Below are positions 33,080-46,225 of a stretch of 64,000 nt of DNA, piece by piece (position 1 is the stretch's first letter; each line of letters starts with the position of its first letter). The translations under genes were made by a program, and so were the position numbers. The DNA lies in contig NW_026262745.1 of NCBI RefSeq assembly GCF_021869535.1, forward strand, positions 59,210,001 through 59,274,000. Direction: 5' to 3'. The DNA comes from Mytilus californianus. Its lineage: Eukaryota. The notes under the pieces are model-generated. The model was not told where the DNA came from and did no database searches. It worked only from the letters and a program-made list of their open reading frames with translations.

Positions 33080-34195
33080 TTTACCCTGCTTAGTCGAAAA
33101 CTTTTTATTGTAAAAGTTATCTTCCAAAACACTGTTTTTGTTGTTCGTGCATCTCCTCCGTAACCGTAAAAGAAATCGACAAATTTATTTTACCAAATTG
33201 CTCGTTATATTCTCAGGATGTTTTGTCCAATTTTGACCGAAGTGACACGAAGACTCCATTTGACTTATTTCCCCTTCTGTATTTGACATAAGTTAACTAT
33301 TAATGTATAACATGAATGGTAAGTGATAGAGACCTACGGTATTTTGGTTTGAGGTCCTTGGTTCACTAAAATGAAATTGAGGTCAAGGTCATATTCTAAA
33401 TTTTCACTTTTCCTTGTTTTATGATCTCCTCTGTCACTTTTAAAAATATATATAAAAGAACTAGCGCAAAATGTTTGCCTCATTGTGATGAAAATATGAT
33501 ACATTTGGTCTGAAACAATCCAATGACATCTTATAGGAGTTATTGTCCCTGAAATGGTTAAATTTAAGGTTAATTGAGTATTACTCCAACTTGGTACATG
33601 ATAAAGCCATAGGGTCTTTTGCAAAATGTTGGATGACATATGACCTTAAAAAATATCAACCGGGAGTGACTTTGAGTAGAACGGAAGTTGCCATTTTTGC
33701 ACTTATTTCATTGAAAAGTACATAGAAACTGCATATTTTTAAATAGGCATACATAAACATATCATTTGAGACAGGAAGTGACCTTCAATAAACCGGAAAT
33801 AGCTAAAAATCTCCCTTATTACAGGCAAAAGTATATTAACACCATATATATTTTTGGAATCAGTATGAATAAAGCTATCATATGAGACTGGAAGTGGCAT
33901 TTTTTAAACCGGAAGTAGCAAATTATCTCCCTTATTTCAGGCAAAAATGTATAGAACCCATATATTTATTGAATCTGTATGAAGTAACCAATACTTGGAC
34001 GCCAATAGTAACTTTGAGTGGACAATAAGTGGCTTCTCATCAATCATTTAGAAAATTGATGTGAAAAGACCTTCGATTGTTCTCTGAACAATCGGGTTTT
34101 AATTATATAATTATATTGCTTGCGATATTTCTATGATTTTATTCTAAAAAAATACATATATGAGAAAACATTAAAGTTAAGATAATTTCATCAAG

Positions 34196-34407
34196 TACTG
34201 TGGATTCATTATTATTTGTTGGATACCAATTTTCATTGATTTCGTGGATACAAGGAAACCACGAATTTAAATGTTCAACGAATTGCAAATTTGCTGTATG
34301 ATTATATGCAGACTTTTGGAAAACCATGAAATCAAATATCCACGAAAATGCATGTTTTCATAAATCCACGAAAATTGGTACCCACGAAAATAAATGAATC
34401 CACAGTA
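34196..34407. mobile_element. ~210-bp MITE with TA-flanked TIRs
   Basis: TACTGTGGATTCATT...AATGAATCCACAGTA; ~40-bp imperfect TIR. Confidence 0.85.
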
Positions 34408-34415
34408 TGCAATAC

Positions 34416-34674
34416 TTCTAACATGGTCCGGGATGTGTCTTCTTTCCATTTGTTCAATATCTTTTCTTTGCGACGACAATATGTCTGCAACTTCATATAT
34501 TGTATCTTGAATGCTAATGTGCTCATCCTGCAGCACACAAACCTGACCTTTGATGTCCAACATTTCGTTTTGCAAGGCACCAAGTATTTCACTCCCTTGT
34601 TGTTGATCGACCTGTTTTGTTTTCAGCGAAGAAACGTCTTTTTCTAAAGTACCTTTACTTAGTCTTGTTATAGC
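34416..34674 (-). CDS. Exon of the HEPN-STAND-ankyrin gene (end of HEPN plus coiled coil)
   Basis: TTTTAG|GCT acceptor; AITRLSKG..QNEMLDIKGQV..RHIPDHVR; phase 0 to 1; GT donor at 34415. Confidence 0.88.
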
Positions 34675-34942
34675 CTAAAATACAGTAAGAATCACATTAA
34701 CCTATTATGAAAATATGCCAAATTGCAGAAAACTGTTTTAAGTATCTAATGTAGCTTCATGAATACATTTTAATGATTCAATATCAATGTTGTTAAAGAA
34801 ACAGAAATAACAAAAAAAAATTTTGGTTAGAGACGAATGAAATATTATAAATGTAAGCTTGACATAACATTATTTGCTTTTGTTGTAGAAGAACATGCAA
34901 ACCATATAACATGCAATTTAATGAAATCTAAATATATGTAAC

Positions 34943-35172
34943 CTGAGATAGTTCATTCCAAGTACTTTGGAATTCTATATCAGAGAACTGACAGTTTTTA
35001 TGGTGAGCCAAGCTATTGCGTAGATGTCTAATTCTCACTATATCGTCTCCTTCAGATATATCTCCAGATGACGGGGAATTTTTCCAACCATTTGTCGGTA
35101 CAATATTTGCAACTGTATTTCTTATTAGTAAATGCAGGAGAGTAAAATCAAAGTCTTTAGAGTTTGCCATAC
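34943..35172 (-). CDS. Exon of the HEPN-STAND-ankyrin gene (DZIP3/hRUL138-like HEPN core with Rx4H)
   Basis: SKDFDFTLLHLLIRN..GW..P..GDDIVRIRHLRNSLAH; phase 1 to 0; canonical splice sites. Confidence 0.9.
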
Positions 35173-36399
35173 CTGTAACTAAAGCAATATAATTCTGTGA
35201 AAATAATTAACACCGCCACGGTGTTTAAAATGTCACCACTAGTTAAACCAATTTCGAACTGAAATTGTCTTTTGATTTAAATGGTTCTGATGAGACTGAA
35301 CCATAAGTGATGATTGACTTATAGAACTGTTAAAATAGCTACCTTGCAGTAAATTAAGACCAGTTCAGTCAGTGCTCAGTAGTAGTTATTAAACTGTACA
35401 AAAACAACATACTGAATTTTTTGATTAGCTACTTAACAGTACTAGTATTGGATTAACTAACAAGTCTTTACGTTTTTAGGTTCAGTCTTTTCAGATGATG
35501 TTAAGATCAAAATGGCCGGTAACAATGTGAGAGACTTTGCTTCGTGTTGAAGGCTTTAGTATGACTTATATGATAAATATTGATATGAATAACAGCAATA
35601 AAAGAGTTGTTTCCATCTTTCGGATTTTTTTTCGTATTGCGGAGTGATACTGTCGCGTGAATTGATACGTAATTTTCTCCTTTTTCATTATACTAGCTAA
35701 GTATTTCTTCCGTGCTGTATGGAGGCCACAAAAGGTATTCCTGTGCTAGAGATGTATTTCATTATATATTAAAATAGTTATGGCGTATTCATAACTTTGA
35801 TAAATGTTCTTATTCTACTTTATTTTATCCCCTTTATTCAGTTTATTGTGTAATCCGCAATCAAATGTATGACAGTATTTGTTAATCATATTTGCCTCAT
35901 AAGATATAAATCAGTGTTTATATTATTTCACAGCAGTGTTTTAGTTGCACAAGTGTAGTGGTATCTAGGAAAGATTTACGTTCCGTGCAAGGAGTTGTCT
36001 AGAACTTGCAGGGGGATGAGATTTGTTGTCCATGCAGAAAGCTCAACTGTGACTTTTAGACATGTTCTCGTGTCGGTCCTTAGTCAGTGCTGGTTGTTTG
36101 TTGTCCTCTTTATGTAGTTCTGTTATTGTTTGTTTGTTTGTTTGTTGTGTATTTACTTTAAACAAATTTTGACAACAAAATTTGATGCCATCGATGTATT
36201 TACTTTTCTTACCCTCCCGTATTGCAGTCAAAATGATAATACATTACGAAACGTAAAGAAAAACAGTCTAAAATTTAAACTAACCGTCCTGGCTTAAGTA
36301 TAATGTTTTTGTTAGCGGAAAATTGATTATTTCCTTTTAGCATCATTATAATATAGGCTTATATAAGCAACAATGCGCTACACTTTTTAAAATTGATAC

Positions 36400-36612
36400 C
36401 TTGATAAAGTAATGACATTTGAGGATTTGTACAAATCCCAGCGTGAAATAAGTTACGTATTGTTTGTTTGTGGTTTTTCAAATGGTTTGCTAGCATTCCA
36501 TCTGGAACATGATGTCTGAAGACAGAACGAACGGCTTCAGTACCAATCTGATGACAAAGCAAAGTAATGCGAAGAAAACTACTTTCTTCTCGTGATATAA
36601 ATTTTTCGTCTC
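36400..36612 (-). CDS. Upstream exon of the HEPN-STAND-ankyrin gene (HEPN N-terminal part); start-codon exon not located
   Basis: TTTCAG| acceptor; DEKFISREESSFLRITLLCHQIGTEAVRSVF..MSLLYQ; |GTATC donor; 213 nt, phase 1 to 1. Confidence 0.85.
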
Positions 36613-36869
36613 CTGAAAGTGAACAAATGTAAAAATGAGGAAATCAAATTCTATGAACTGAGAATATTCTACATTCATCAATAATAATTTTGACAGATTT
36701 ATCTTTTTAGTTATGGTCTTTTATATAATAAGATAAGATAACTATAGTGTCTAAACAAAATATAATATTAAAATATATAAATTATCAATGATATAAGATC
36801 ATATGACTTCAACTTCCAAATTGTGACCTTTTCATTAATATAGCAACATTCGATCAGCGCGCGCATATG

Positions 36870-37330
36870 CAGTATATTCTATCAAGTTGATACGATATTC
36901 TAGAGCTTCCAGTCATCTTTTCATAATAGAGGATTGTTGGGTTCAAGAAAGCTATTGAACCAATAGTTCCAAGTGGTGAATTTAAAGTCATCCCTTCGAA
37001 CGTTTTACGGATGCCATCAATAATTGGTTGACCGGTATAGAATATCTGTGTGACAGATGACCACGGATGTGTTCTAATTGTCAAAACCTCCTATCCCGTC
37101 ATTTCATCATCGATTGTGATATAACGGAATGAGACTTATCGCCGTATTTATTTTTTTGTTTCATTAGCAACACGACTGATGGGATAGGAACTGTTAACTC
37201 TTCGAGAGCGCATAAGTTCAGCTCAAGTTTTTGGCGGGGTTCGTGTTGCTTGAAAATTTGTTCGTACTTTTCGTCCTTTTTTCCAAGACATTGTCAGTTT
37301 TTCTTCGACCTATGAGTTTTGAATATTCCC
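36870..37330 (+). mobile_element. Penelope-like retroelement 3' fragment
   Basis: Degenerate LIRYSRASS..RKLLNQ..LKSSLRTFYGCH..LVDRY..QMTT (PLE RT C-terminus) followed by a tail also seen at ~48205-48420 and ~51230-51325. Confidence 0.7.
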
Positions 37331-37949
37331 CTTTATATCTTCTGCAACAGTATTGAAAAATACAATTAATCACTACTGAGCATTCCAAATGATTTTCAAA
37401 TACTTGTTAACAGCTTAACAGACTAGACTCTTAAATTTGCATAACTTTCTTCAAAGACATAATTTCATTGTTGACAAATAGATAACTTGCACTACATATA
37501 CATTGTATGTTCATACAAATAAAAAAAATCTTTGACTTTGATAACAACTTAGATTATTTGTACGAACAAGTGTGCAATTATTGAATTTTATTGACAGTTA
37601 CTGTTCCAATATAACTAGTCTGTTAATTTGTTGCTAAAATGTGCTGAAGTGACAATTTCTTCAATATGTTTGTTACATTACAGGTAAAAACACTTAACAG
37701 AAGATTTCACCACACAAAATTGGCAATATAATTTGAGATTTAATTGTACATCAATACGATATAGACACATTTCACACATATTATAAATTGTTTGAAAATT
37801 CATGTTTACTAATTACTAAATTCGTCGGGTTAATTTGATCCTTCGTATACAAACTGAAAATAATATAACGTCATTGATTGGATTTCTATGGTTTGTAACT
37901 TTTTTAAACAGTCAGAACGTGTTTGTTTAAGCTTTTAAAGAGATTACCA

Positions 37950-39620
37950 ATGGTACAAAGTAAAATCACAAAAAATACTGAGCTCCGAGGAAAATTCAAA
38001 AAGGAAAGTCCCTAATCAAATGGCAAAATCAAAAGCTCAAACACATCAAACGAATGGATAACAACTGTCATATTCCTGACTTGGTACAGGCATTTTCTTA
38101 TGTAGAAAATGGTGGATTGAACCTGGTTTTATAGCTAGCCAAACCTCTTACTTGTATGACAGTCGCATCAAATTCCATTATATTGACAACCATGCGTGAA
38201 CAAAACAAACAGACACAATAGGTAAAAATGTCAAAAATAGGGGTACAGCAGTCAACATTATGTTATCATCTTAATCACTATAAAAACAAACAAATGTAAC
38301 GAAGAAGCACAAAAAGGAATACATCAAATTTAACATCCTCATTTTGCCTTTAATAATCGTATAATCTATTAACAGTAAAAGTAATATTAATAAAGACAAA
38401 TAAAAGAATACTATAACACGTTATTAAGATGATAAACAACGTCAGTACGCAGAATCTATACTTCAAGACCATCGTGTATTATTTGTGAAGTTGATACGGA
38501 ATATTTATCAACAAGGTCTTGGTACCTTCTGATGAACCTTTTTTAGAAAAAGGACGATTCGTTCTTTGACATACCCCTGGTTCATCAACTTTCTGCTCAG
38601 ACACTGGTACATTATATTCTGAAACGGCTACTTAAAGACTTCAAATATGAAGTTTGATAAAATTTGTTCGTCCAAATGGAGCCCCTGATGAATTCCATTT
38701 TTAGTGTTGTCTTAAGAAAATGAAAGATTACAACAATATGTATGGGGGATATGTAAAAAAAGTAAAATAACAAAATTACCAAACTCCAAGGAAAATTCAA
38801 AACGGAAAGTCCCCTATCAAATAGCAAAATCAAAAGCACAAACACATCAAACGAATGGAAAACAACTGTCTTATTCCTGACTTGGTACAGGCACTACAAA
38901 TTGTAAAGGAAAATATTTTGTAACCATCTTTTTTTCACTGTGTAAATGAATTAAAATTTTAAAAAAACCTCGGTGTTTAACATTACGACATACTTTTTTG
39001 ACAAACCAAAGGTCAATAAAGGCGATACCTGCACCTTAATTGGGTATATTATCAAGATTTGCTTTACATTATTTAGATCAATTTTGTTGGTGTGATGTGG
39101 ATTGGTTTTGTTTAATTTTGTTTACCTTTTTTTTCCCTTTCTCATCTACCTTTTTCAGTAGTAAAATAATTATATACGATGTAGTGGATTCGGAAACGAT
39201 AATGTTCGACCGACGTTTGAAGAGGCCAAAACAATGGTTTGAATTAAGGAGAAGGATCATTTAACCCATTTTGGCCAAAGAAATTGAAGTGTTTGAAAAA
39301 CTGCGACAAACAAGATGCATATACGTTTCTCAGGGAAATTTCAAAACGGAAAGTCCCTTATCAAATTGCAAAATCAAAAGCTCAAACACATCAAACGAAT
39401 GGAAAAACTGTTAAATTCCTTTTCTTATTATATGAAGGAAATAGTGGATTAAACCCGGTTTTCTAGCTAAACTTCTCACATGTATGACAGTCGCATAGAA
39501 TTCCATTATATTGACAATAATGTGTAAGCAAAATAAACAGACCTAGTAGGTAACACTGTAAAAAAATTGGGGTACAGCAGTCAAAATATAATCTTAATCA
39601 CTATAAAACAAACAACTATG
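37950..39620 (+). repeat. Three copies of an abundant interspersed repeat
   Basis: GGAAARTTCAAAACGGAAAGTCCCT..CAAAATCAAAAGCTCAAACACATCAAACGAATGGA at ~37988, ~38790, ~39333; related copies at ~31960 and inverted at ~43270 and ~50290. Confidence 0.8.
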
Positions 39621-41389
39621 TCAAAAATGAACAAAAAAATGGCATATAGACACTATATACACAAAGCACAAAAGCGAAAAAGAAAGACAAGAATACAAAC
39701 AATGACCATAAGAATGACAAGTTACTGTTTTGTACTTTAAGAGTGTACAGATTATACTAACTTGTTAATTCACCAATAAATTTAAATAAACCAATGAAAT
39801 ACGTTTAGTTTTACACGGCTTTAATAAATTCGCATGGACTATATTTGGAATTTCAGGAACTAATTGATCATACATTTTCCTTTTCTCATTACATAGGCAA
39901 ACATAAAATTTCAAATATACTAGAATTGAATATAGTTATTAAGAAAAGATTTACAATGACATTAATAACGTGACAAGATATTTTAATTCAAAATATGCGC
40001 ATATTTCACGAAAACAAAGAAAATATCCATTACAGTTTTCCATACATAGCATGGGCAAATATTGGTCAAATTTTTTTTATGTCTATTTACATATTGTCAC
40101 CAATTATGAAATTGTTATTGTGATGTGCCTGTACTTTTCTCGTTTAATGTAAATCAAGCAGCGCATACAATTTCAGGAAAATAGAATAACAAAAAATCAA
40201 ATATAGGATTGTAATTTCGTTGTTGTTTGTTTGCATGGATAATCATCGAATATATAATTTGATTCTAATTTCTGAAAATCGTTATCCTTAGATAACGTTT
40301 GGGTAAATATAAGATCAACCTTTAAATTGGCACAAAATTGTAGACCAAACATTACACTTATTGTCCTTACTTCTGCACATGTGATATAAACTCATCATAT
40401 ATAACAGGCCTAAAATTGCTTACGCCAGACACACGTTTCGTCTTCAAATATTCATCAATGACACTTGAATCAAAAACAATTAAAAGGTCAAAGTACAAAG
40501 TTTCATTGGTGAACAATGATAAATGGTTTCGAACTACATTATGACAACTTACTGAGATTATTATTGTTCGTGCTAACCCTTGTCCAAATCCAGATTATTA
40601 AAAGTATTCCAATGACCAGTGAAAAAATAACTTCCAGCAGAAACATTGATGATTCTTCCATAATCTATATGAAAAATATAAGGAAATTGAAAAGGTTATG
40701 AAAATTAATACAGGTGCACATATCATTGTATGTTTAAACAATGAGTAAGCAATTACTTCTCATTGTCACTTGAAAAAAAGTAATTCACAATGCATTTACT
40801 ATAAGCATTTATTCAACAGATTAAAACCTTTCTTTGGCTATTCAATTCTTTTTTTTTTTAAGTTTAAAAGACGCATTCATACGGTTCATCAGTATTTGCT
40901 GAATTTTATGTAACCTAAATCAGAAGAAAAATCAATCAGATTATAATGTTATACAATTCATTTATAAATATAAATAAATTGATTTATAACTGATCGTGCG
41001 TATACGCTTGCAATGTCCTTTTTGACTGCGAATGGGGATAAATAAGAAGATATCAGATCGCTAAAAAAGTTCAAGTAAAATGGAGACCCCGTCAGAAATT
41101 GTAGTACGTCCATAGTATGAAACACCAGAACTTTCTTATGACGTCGTATATATTTCTCACATTGCGGTGTTAGCATAACGTTTTATGATTATCTCTTTAC
41201 GTTAACGTTTTCATGTTAACTTTTTTATTATTTTGAATTTAATTTCTGCATTTGTAGTTTTACGTTGATTTGTCTTACGTGGTATGGCCTTAACGTTCTT
41301 TATTTCTATCCTAATTTTCATGATTGTTTTTCACGTCTTAACTTTCTGTTCTTTTATGTATATATTATGTTGATTTGTCTTTACGTTAT

Positions 41390-42550
41390 GCGGCTACGGC
41401 GGCGGTGGCGGCGTTAGCTAACTTCTTAAAAGCTTTATATTTTAGAAGCTAGAAGACCTGGATTTTTCATACTTTGTTTATAGATGCCTTATGTTACGAA
41501 GTTTCCGTCTGTCATATGTCCATTGTTCTTGACCTCATTTTCATGGTTCAGTGACTACTTGAAAAAAAAGTCAACATTTTTTGTAATGTTAATTTCTTTC
41601 TTATTATGAGTAATAGGATAACTATATTTAGTATGGGCGTACCTTGCAAGGTCCTCATGCCCGTCAGACAATTTTCATTTGACCTCGACCTCATTTCATG
41701 GATCAGTGAACAAGGTTAAGTTTTCGTGGTCAAGTCCATGTATCAGATACTATAGGCAGTAGGTCTACTATAATTGGTGTATGGAATGATTGTAAGGTGT
41801 ACATGTCCAACTGGTAGGTGTCATCTGACCTTGATCTCATTTTCATGGTTTAGTGGTCAAAGTTAAGTTTTTGAGTTTTGGTTTTTTTTTCTAATACTAT
41901 ATGCAATAGGTCAACTACATTTGGTGTATGAACATATTTTGTGATGTACATGTCACTCTTACTGGTATTATTTGACCTTGACCTCATTTTCACGGTTCAT
42001 TTCTCAGTGTTAAGTTTTTGTGTTTTGGTCTGTTTTTCTTCAACTATAAGCAATAGATCAACTTTATTTGTTGTGTGGAAGGATTTTAAGGTGTATATGT
42101 CTGTCTGGCAGGTATCATCTGACCTTGACCTCATTTTCATGGTTCATTGGTCAATGTTAAGTTTTCATGGTTAAGTTTGTTTCTTATATACTATAAGCAA
42201 TAGGTCAACTATATTTAATGCATAAATTGATTGTAATGTGTACATGTCTGTCTGGCATGGTTCATCTGACCATGACCTCATTTTCATGGTTCATTGGTCA
42301 ATGTTAAGTTTTCTTGGTTAAGACTGTTTCTTAGAAACTATAAGCAATAGGTCAACTATGTTTTGTTTATTGAATGATTGTAAGGTGTACATGTATTTCT
42401 CGTTTGGTTTATCTGACCTTGACCTCATTTTCTTGGATCATGTTAAGTTTATGGGTTACTTGTAGTAAAGCTTTATATTTAGGACTATCAACATAAAATC
42501 AATGGTTAGTAAGTAAAGAAGGCGAGACATTTCAGCGTGTGGACTCTTGT
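41390..42550 (+). mobile_element. Helentron/HINE-like element with ~147-bp internal tandem core repeats (~6 units)
   Basis: (GGC)n-like microsatellite at the head; TGACCTTGACCTCATTTTCATGG recurs at ~147-bp spacing (41678-42420); tail GGCGAGACATTTCAGCGTGTGGACTCTTGTT. Confidence 0.75.
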
Positions 42551-44784
42551 TTCTTTATGTTATTCAGTTTTGTCCTCATGTTAATTAGTTTTTTCTTTAC
42601 GTTCGGTAGTTTAACATTTACGTTTATTAGTATTTTACAATTACGCTATTTAGTTTTGTCTTTACGTACTGTAGTTTTGTCTTGAAGTTCGGTAATTTTG
42701 TCTTAATGTTATGTTATTTGTCTTACGTTTTGTGATCCGGTCTTCACCTTTTGTAGTTTTATATTCAATTTTTGTAGTTTTGTCTTCACGTTATGTTGTT
42801 TTCTATTTACCTTATGCTTCATGTTAGGTAGTTTTGTCTAAACGTTCTGTGTTTTTATTTTAGTTGTGTTGTTTTGTCTTTACCTTATGTGGTTTTGTTT
42901 AACTTGTGTTTAAATTAACATGTGTTATGAACATGCAACTTTTTCTGCAACAAAACTTAATTTGTTCAGTCAGTTGTAGTGTACTGTAATCTACATATGC
43001 ATGTACACATTCAAATTGACATTTTGTTTTGGAAATTTGAATAAAAATGAATTTATGTCAACCAGACAGCAACAAAAGACAAAAGAATCAAAATACATTT
43101 AGATGGCAAATACAGTATTCAACAACAGACATTTGTCTTTACAATATATCAATTTTAAATTAAATATATCTCAAAAATAATTTGCAGCCTTTATATTTAA
43201 AGAAGCAGTCAATTCCATATAAGCGGGAGGTTTGGCTAGCCACAAAACCAGGTTCAATCCACCATTTTTCTTAAAAGGTCCTGTACCAAGTCAGGAATAT
43301 GGCAGTTGTTATCAAGTAGTCCGTTTCTATGTATGTTGGCGTTTGTTTTTGTAGCTGTTCAGTGTTTTTGTTGTTCCGTTGTTTATCTCTTATAGTTGAT
43401 GTGTTTTCCTTTGTTTTGGTTTGTAACCCGGATTTGTTTTCGATTAATTGATTTATGACTATTGAACAGCGGTATACAACTGTTGCCTTTATACATCTTG
43501 AAAAAGACACACGGAGGTTGTCGGTGAATGTTTAGCACTAGTATGACATATATCACAGCGTATTACTTTGTAAAAATTGTACAAAAATATTAATTTTTTA
43601 AACCATACCCCTACGAAATTATAGAAATCAGAACAAAAAGAAATATGGCTAAACGAAATCAGACAGTATCCAAAACACAAAATAATCATCTAAATGTAAA
43701 CATAGCTTCTATGCTTTTGTAAAATCACATGTCTTTTAATTCATATTGTCAGAATTGTATATGCAAATGGATGTGTGTTGATAACAACCCAATTGCGACG
43801 GCCTGAACAAAATCAAGTTTGAACGAATCTTGAATTAAAAGGTGCGTTGATTAACCCTGTAAATATATTCTGGAAAAACTTGTATGTACATGCAAATGCA
43901 TAATTTCATATCACGTAATTTCGAACAATTTCAAGAGCGCTGGACGTAATCATGATACTATATAACAAAATGAAAAAAACGTGTGATGAAACGACAAAAT
44001 GTAAAGATGACATTACTAGAAGTTATATTTATTGATTGATTGATTGATTGATTGGTGTTAAACGCCACTTTCAACACCATTGTGCTATTTCATGTTGGTC
44101 AGTTTTTATTGGTGGAGGAAGCCGGAGTGCCAGGAGATGTTAGAACAAAACACATAACGTAAAGACAAGACTTTACAACGTTAAGGTGGCAACAAATAAA
44201 GTAAATGTACAACTACATGAGGTTAAGTATGTACGAAGTCATTAGACAATCATTGCTTGTCATAAGATATCTTTATATTTCTTCTTCGTTCAGAGAAATG
44301 GCAGATCTTTTATTGTTTCTGTTAAATTTATTCACTGTTTTTAGAGAACCGGAGCGACTTCAGAGTGTGACGTATTGTTTAAAACCTGTCTGTTATTAAA
44401 AACTGCATATTGCCCTCTAGATTTTGTTCGGTTATTTTGGTTGTTTGATCGGCGTCACAATCGAATAAATTTTAGCCTTCAATAACCATTTTGATTTTAA
44501 CATTATTCGACAAATATGAATGTACAAACTTTCGGTATTGCTAATATTTTCAATTATTTTCTACACATTTCCTTGTTGTAAATTCAGTACTGTTTATACT
44601 TTTGGCTTGCAGCCAATCCAGTACTGTTCGATTATGGTCTTTTTTTACAATTCAGTTTGTTTTGATCTGGTTAAAACAACTACTACACAGCATGATCATA
44701 GAACATGCAAATAGATCTTAATTGACTGCAAAAGAATTTGTCTGAATTGTCTTGAGTTTAGTAACGTGAATACGTCTGAAAATT

Positions 44785-45060
44785 GACTAAAATAAAATTG
44801 AGTATAGAAACGAGGAATGTGTCAAAGAGACAACAACCCGACCAACGAGCAAAAACCATCCTCCAAAGGGTCTTCAACACAGCAATAAAATCCCGCACCC
44901 GGAGGCGGGCTTCAACTGGCCCCTAAACAAAAATGTGTACTAGTTCGGCGAAAATGGACGTCACACTAAACTTCGAAACATATAAATGAACCAAAATTAA
45001 AATAAATATATACAAGACTAACAAAGGCCAGAGGCTCCCGACTTGGAACAGGCAGATAAA
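44785..45060 (+). repeat. Abundant interspersed repeat copy; longer copy at ~63590-63990
   Basis: GAGACAACAACCCGACC..GGGTCTTCAACACAGC..CCCGCACCCGGAGGCGGGCTTCA..AACAAAGGCCAGAGGCTCC shared by both loci. Confidence 0.8.
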
Positions 45061-45557
45061 AGTCTGAATAAGATTTCTATAATATATTGTTCAGTCTTTT
45101 AAGAGCTATGCAGATGTCTAATTGCCTAATCCCCCAAATATCTGTTGATATATAAGCAAGACAGGACAGCAGCAAAAAGAAATATCAATAATCCACAAAC
45201 AATGTATAGAATATTAAAGTATATTGCACATGTTGCAGCACAATCCTATACCATCATCTCAAATATTATCAAGTTAACTGCTGAACAGCAAAATTGCACA
45301 GCAGTTTTAGTTAAGGGACACTTACAGTTAACTTTCAACAAAATAAGCAAAATCAAATTAAAAAGAAGCAGTCAAGGTGCCGTTTCATTGCTGTTATCCC
45401 ATTTCTATATCTTTTTAAGTTTCATGCTCCGCAACATGTTTTCCATTTCCCCATTGAGACGGGTCAATGAAATTTATAAAGTTTATTTTGTCTCTCAGAA
45501 CAATAAATAAAGCATTCACATCATTACATCGGCAATATGTAACAGAAATTACAAAAG

Positions 45558-46225
45558 TAACATCAATCTCATTAACAAGATCTTCTTACAGTTGAATTGA
45601 GAAATGGCTCTGGGAGTAATTTAATACAAATATAACATCAATCTCATTAACAAGATCTCCTTACAGTTGAATTGAGAAATGGCTCTGGGAGTAATTTAAC
45701 ACAAATGTAACATCAATCTCATTAAGAAGATATCCTTACCGTTGAATTGAGAAATGGCTCTGGGAGTAATTCAACACAAATGTATCATCAATCTCGTTAA
45801 CAAATTCTCCTTACAGTTGAATTGAGAAATGGCTCTGGGAGTAATTTAACACAAATGTAACACCAATCTCATTAACAAGATCTCCTTACAGTTGAATTGA
45901 GAATTGGCTCTGGGAGTAACTTAACACAAATGTAACATCAATCTCATTAAGAAGATATCCTTATAGTTGAATTGAGAAATGGCTCTGGGAGTAATTTAAC
46001 ACAAATGTAACATCAATCTCATTAAAAAAATCTCCTTACAGTTGAATTGAGAAATGGCTCTGGGAGTAATTTAACACAAATGTAACACCAATCTCATTAA
46101 GAAGATATTCTTATAGTTGAATTGAGAAATGGCTCTGGAGTAATTCAACACAAATTTAACATCAATCTCATTAACAAGATATCCTTATAGTTGAATTGAG
46201 AAATGGCTCTGGGCGTGATTTAACA
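45558..46225. repeat. 75-bp minisatellite, ~9 copies
   Basis: CAYCAATCTC anchor at 45561, 45636, 45711, 45786, 45861, 45936, 46011, 46086, 46160; no unique spacers. Confidence 0.97.

Noticed and set aside
40365-40415. Candidate start exon (MMSLYHMCR|GTAAGG) for the HEPN-STAND gene
   Set aside because: Phase fits, but it abuts a common repeat and has no other support.
45558-46225. Regular array as a possible CRISPR
   Set aside because: Units are contiguous near-identical 75-mers with no unique spacers, the DNA is eukaryotic and there are no cas genes; the same applies to the 65-bp and 16-bp arrays.
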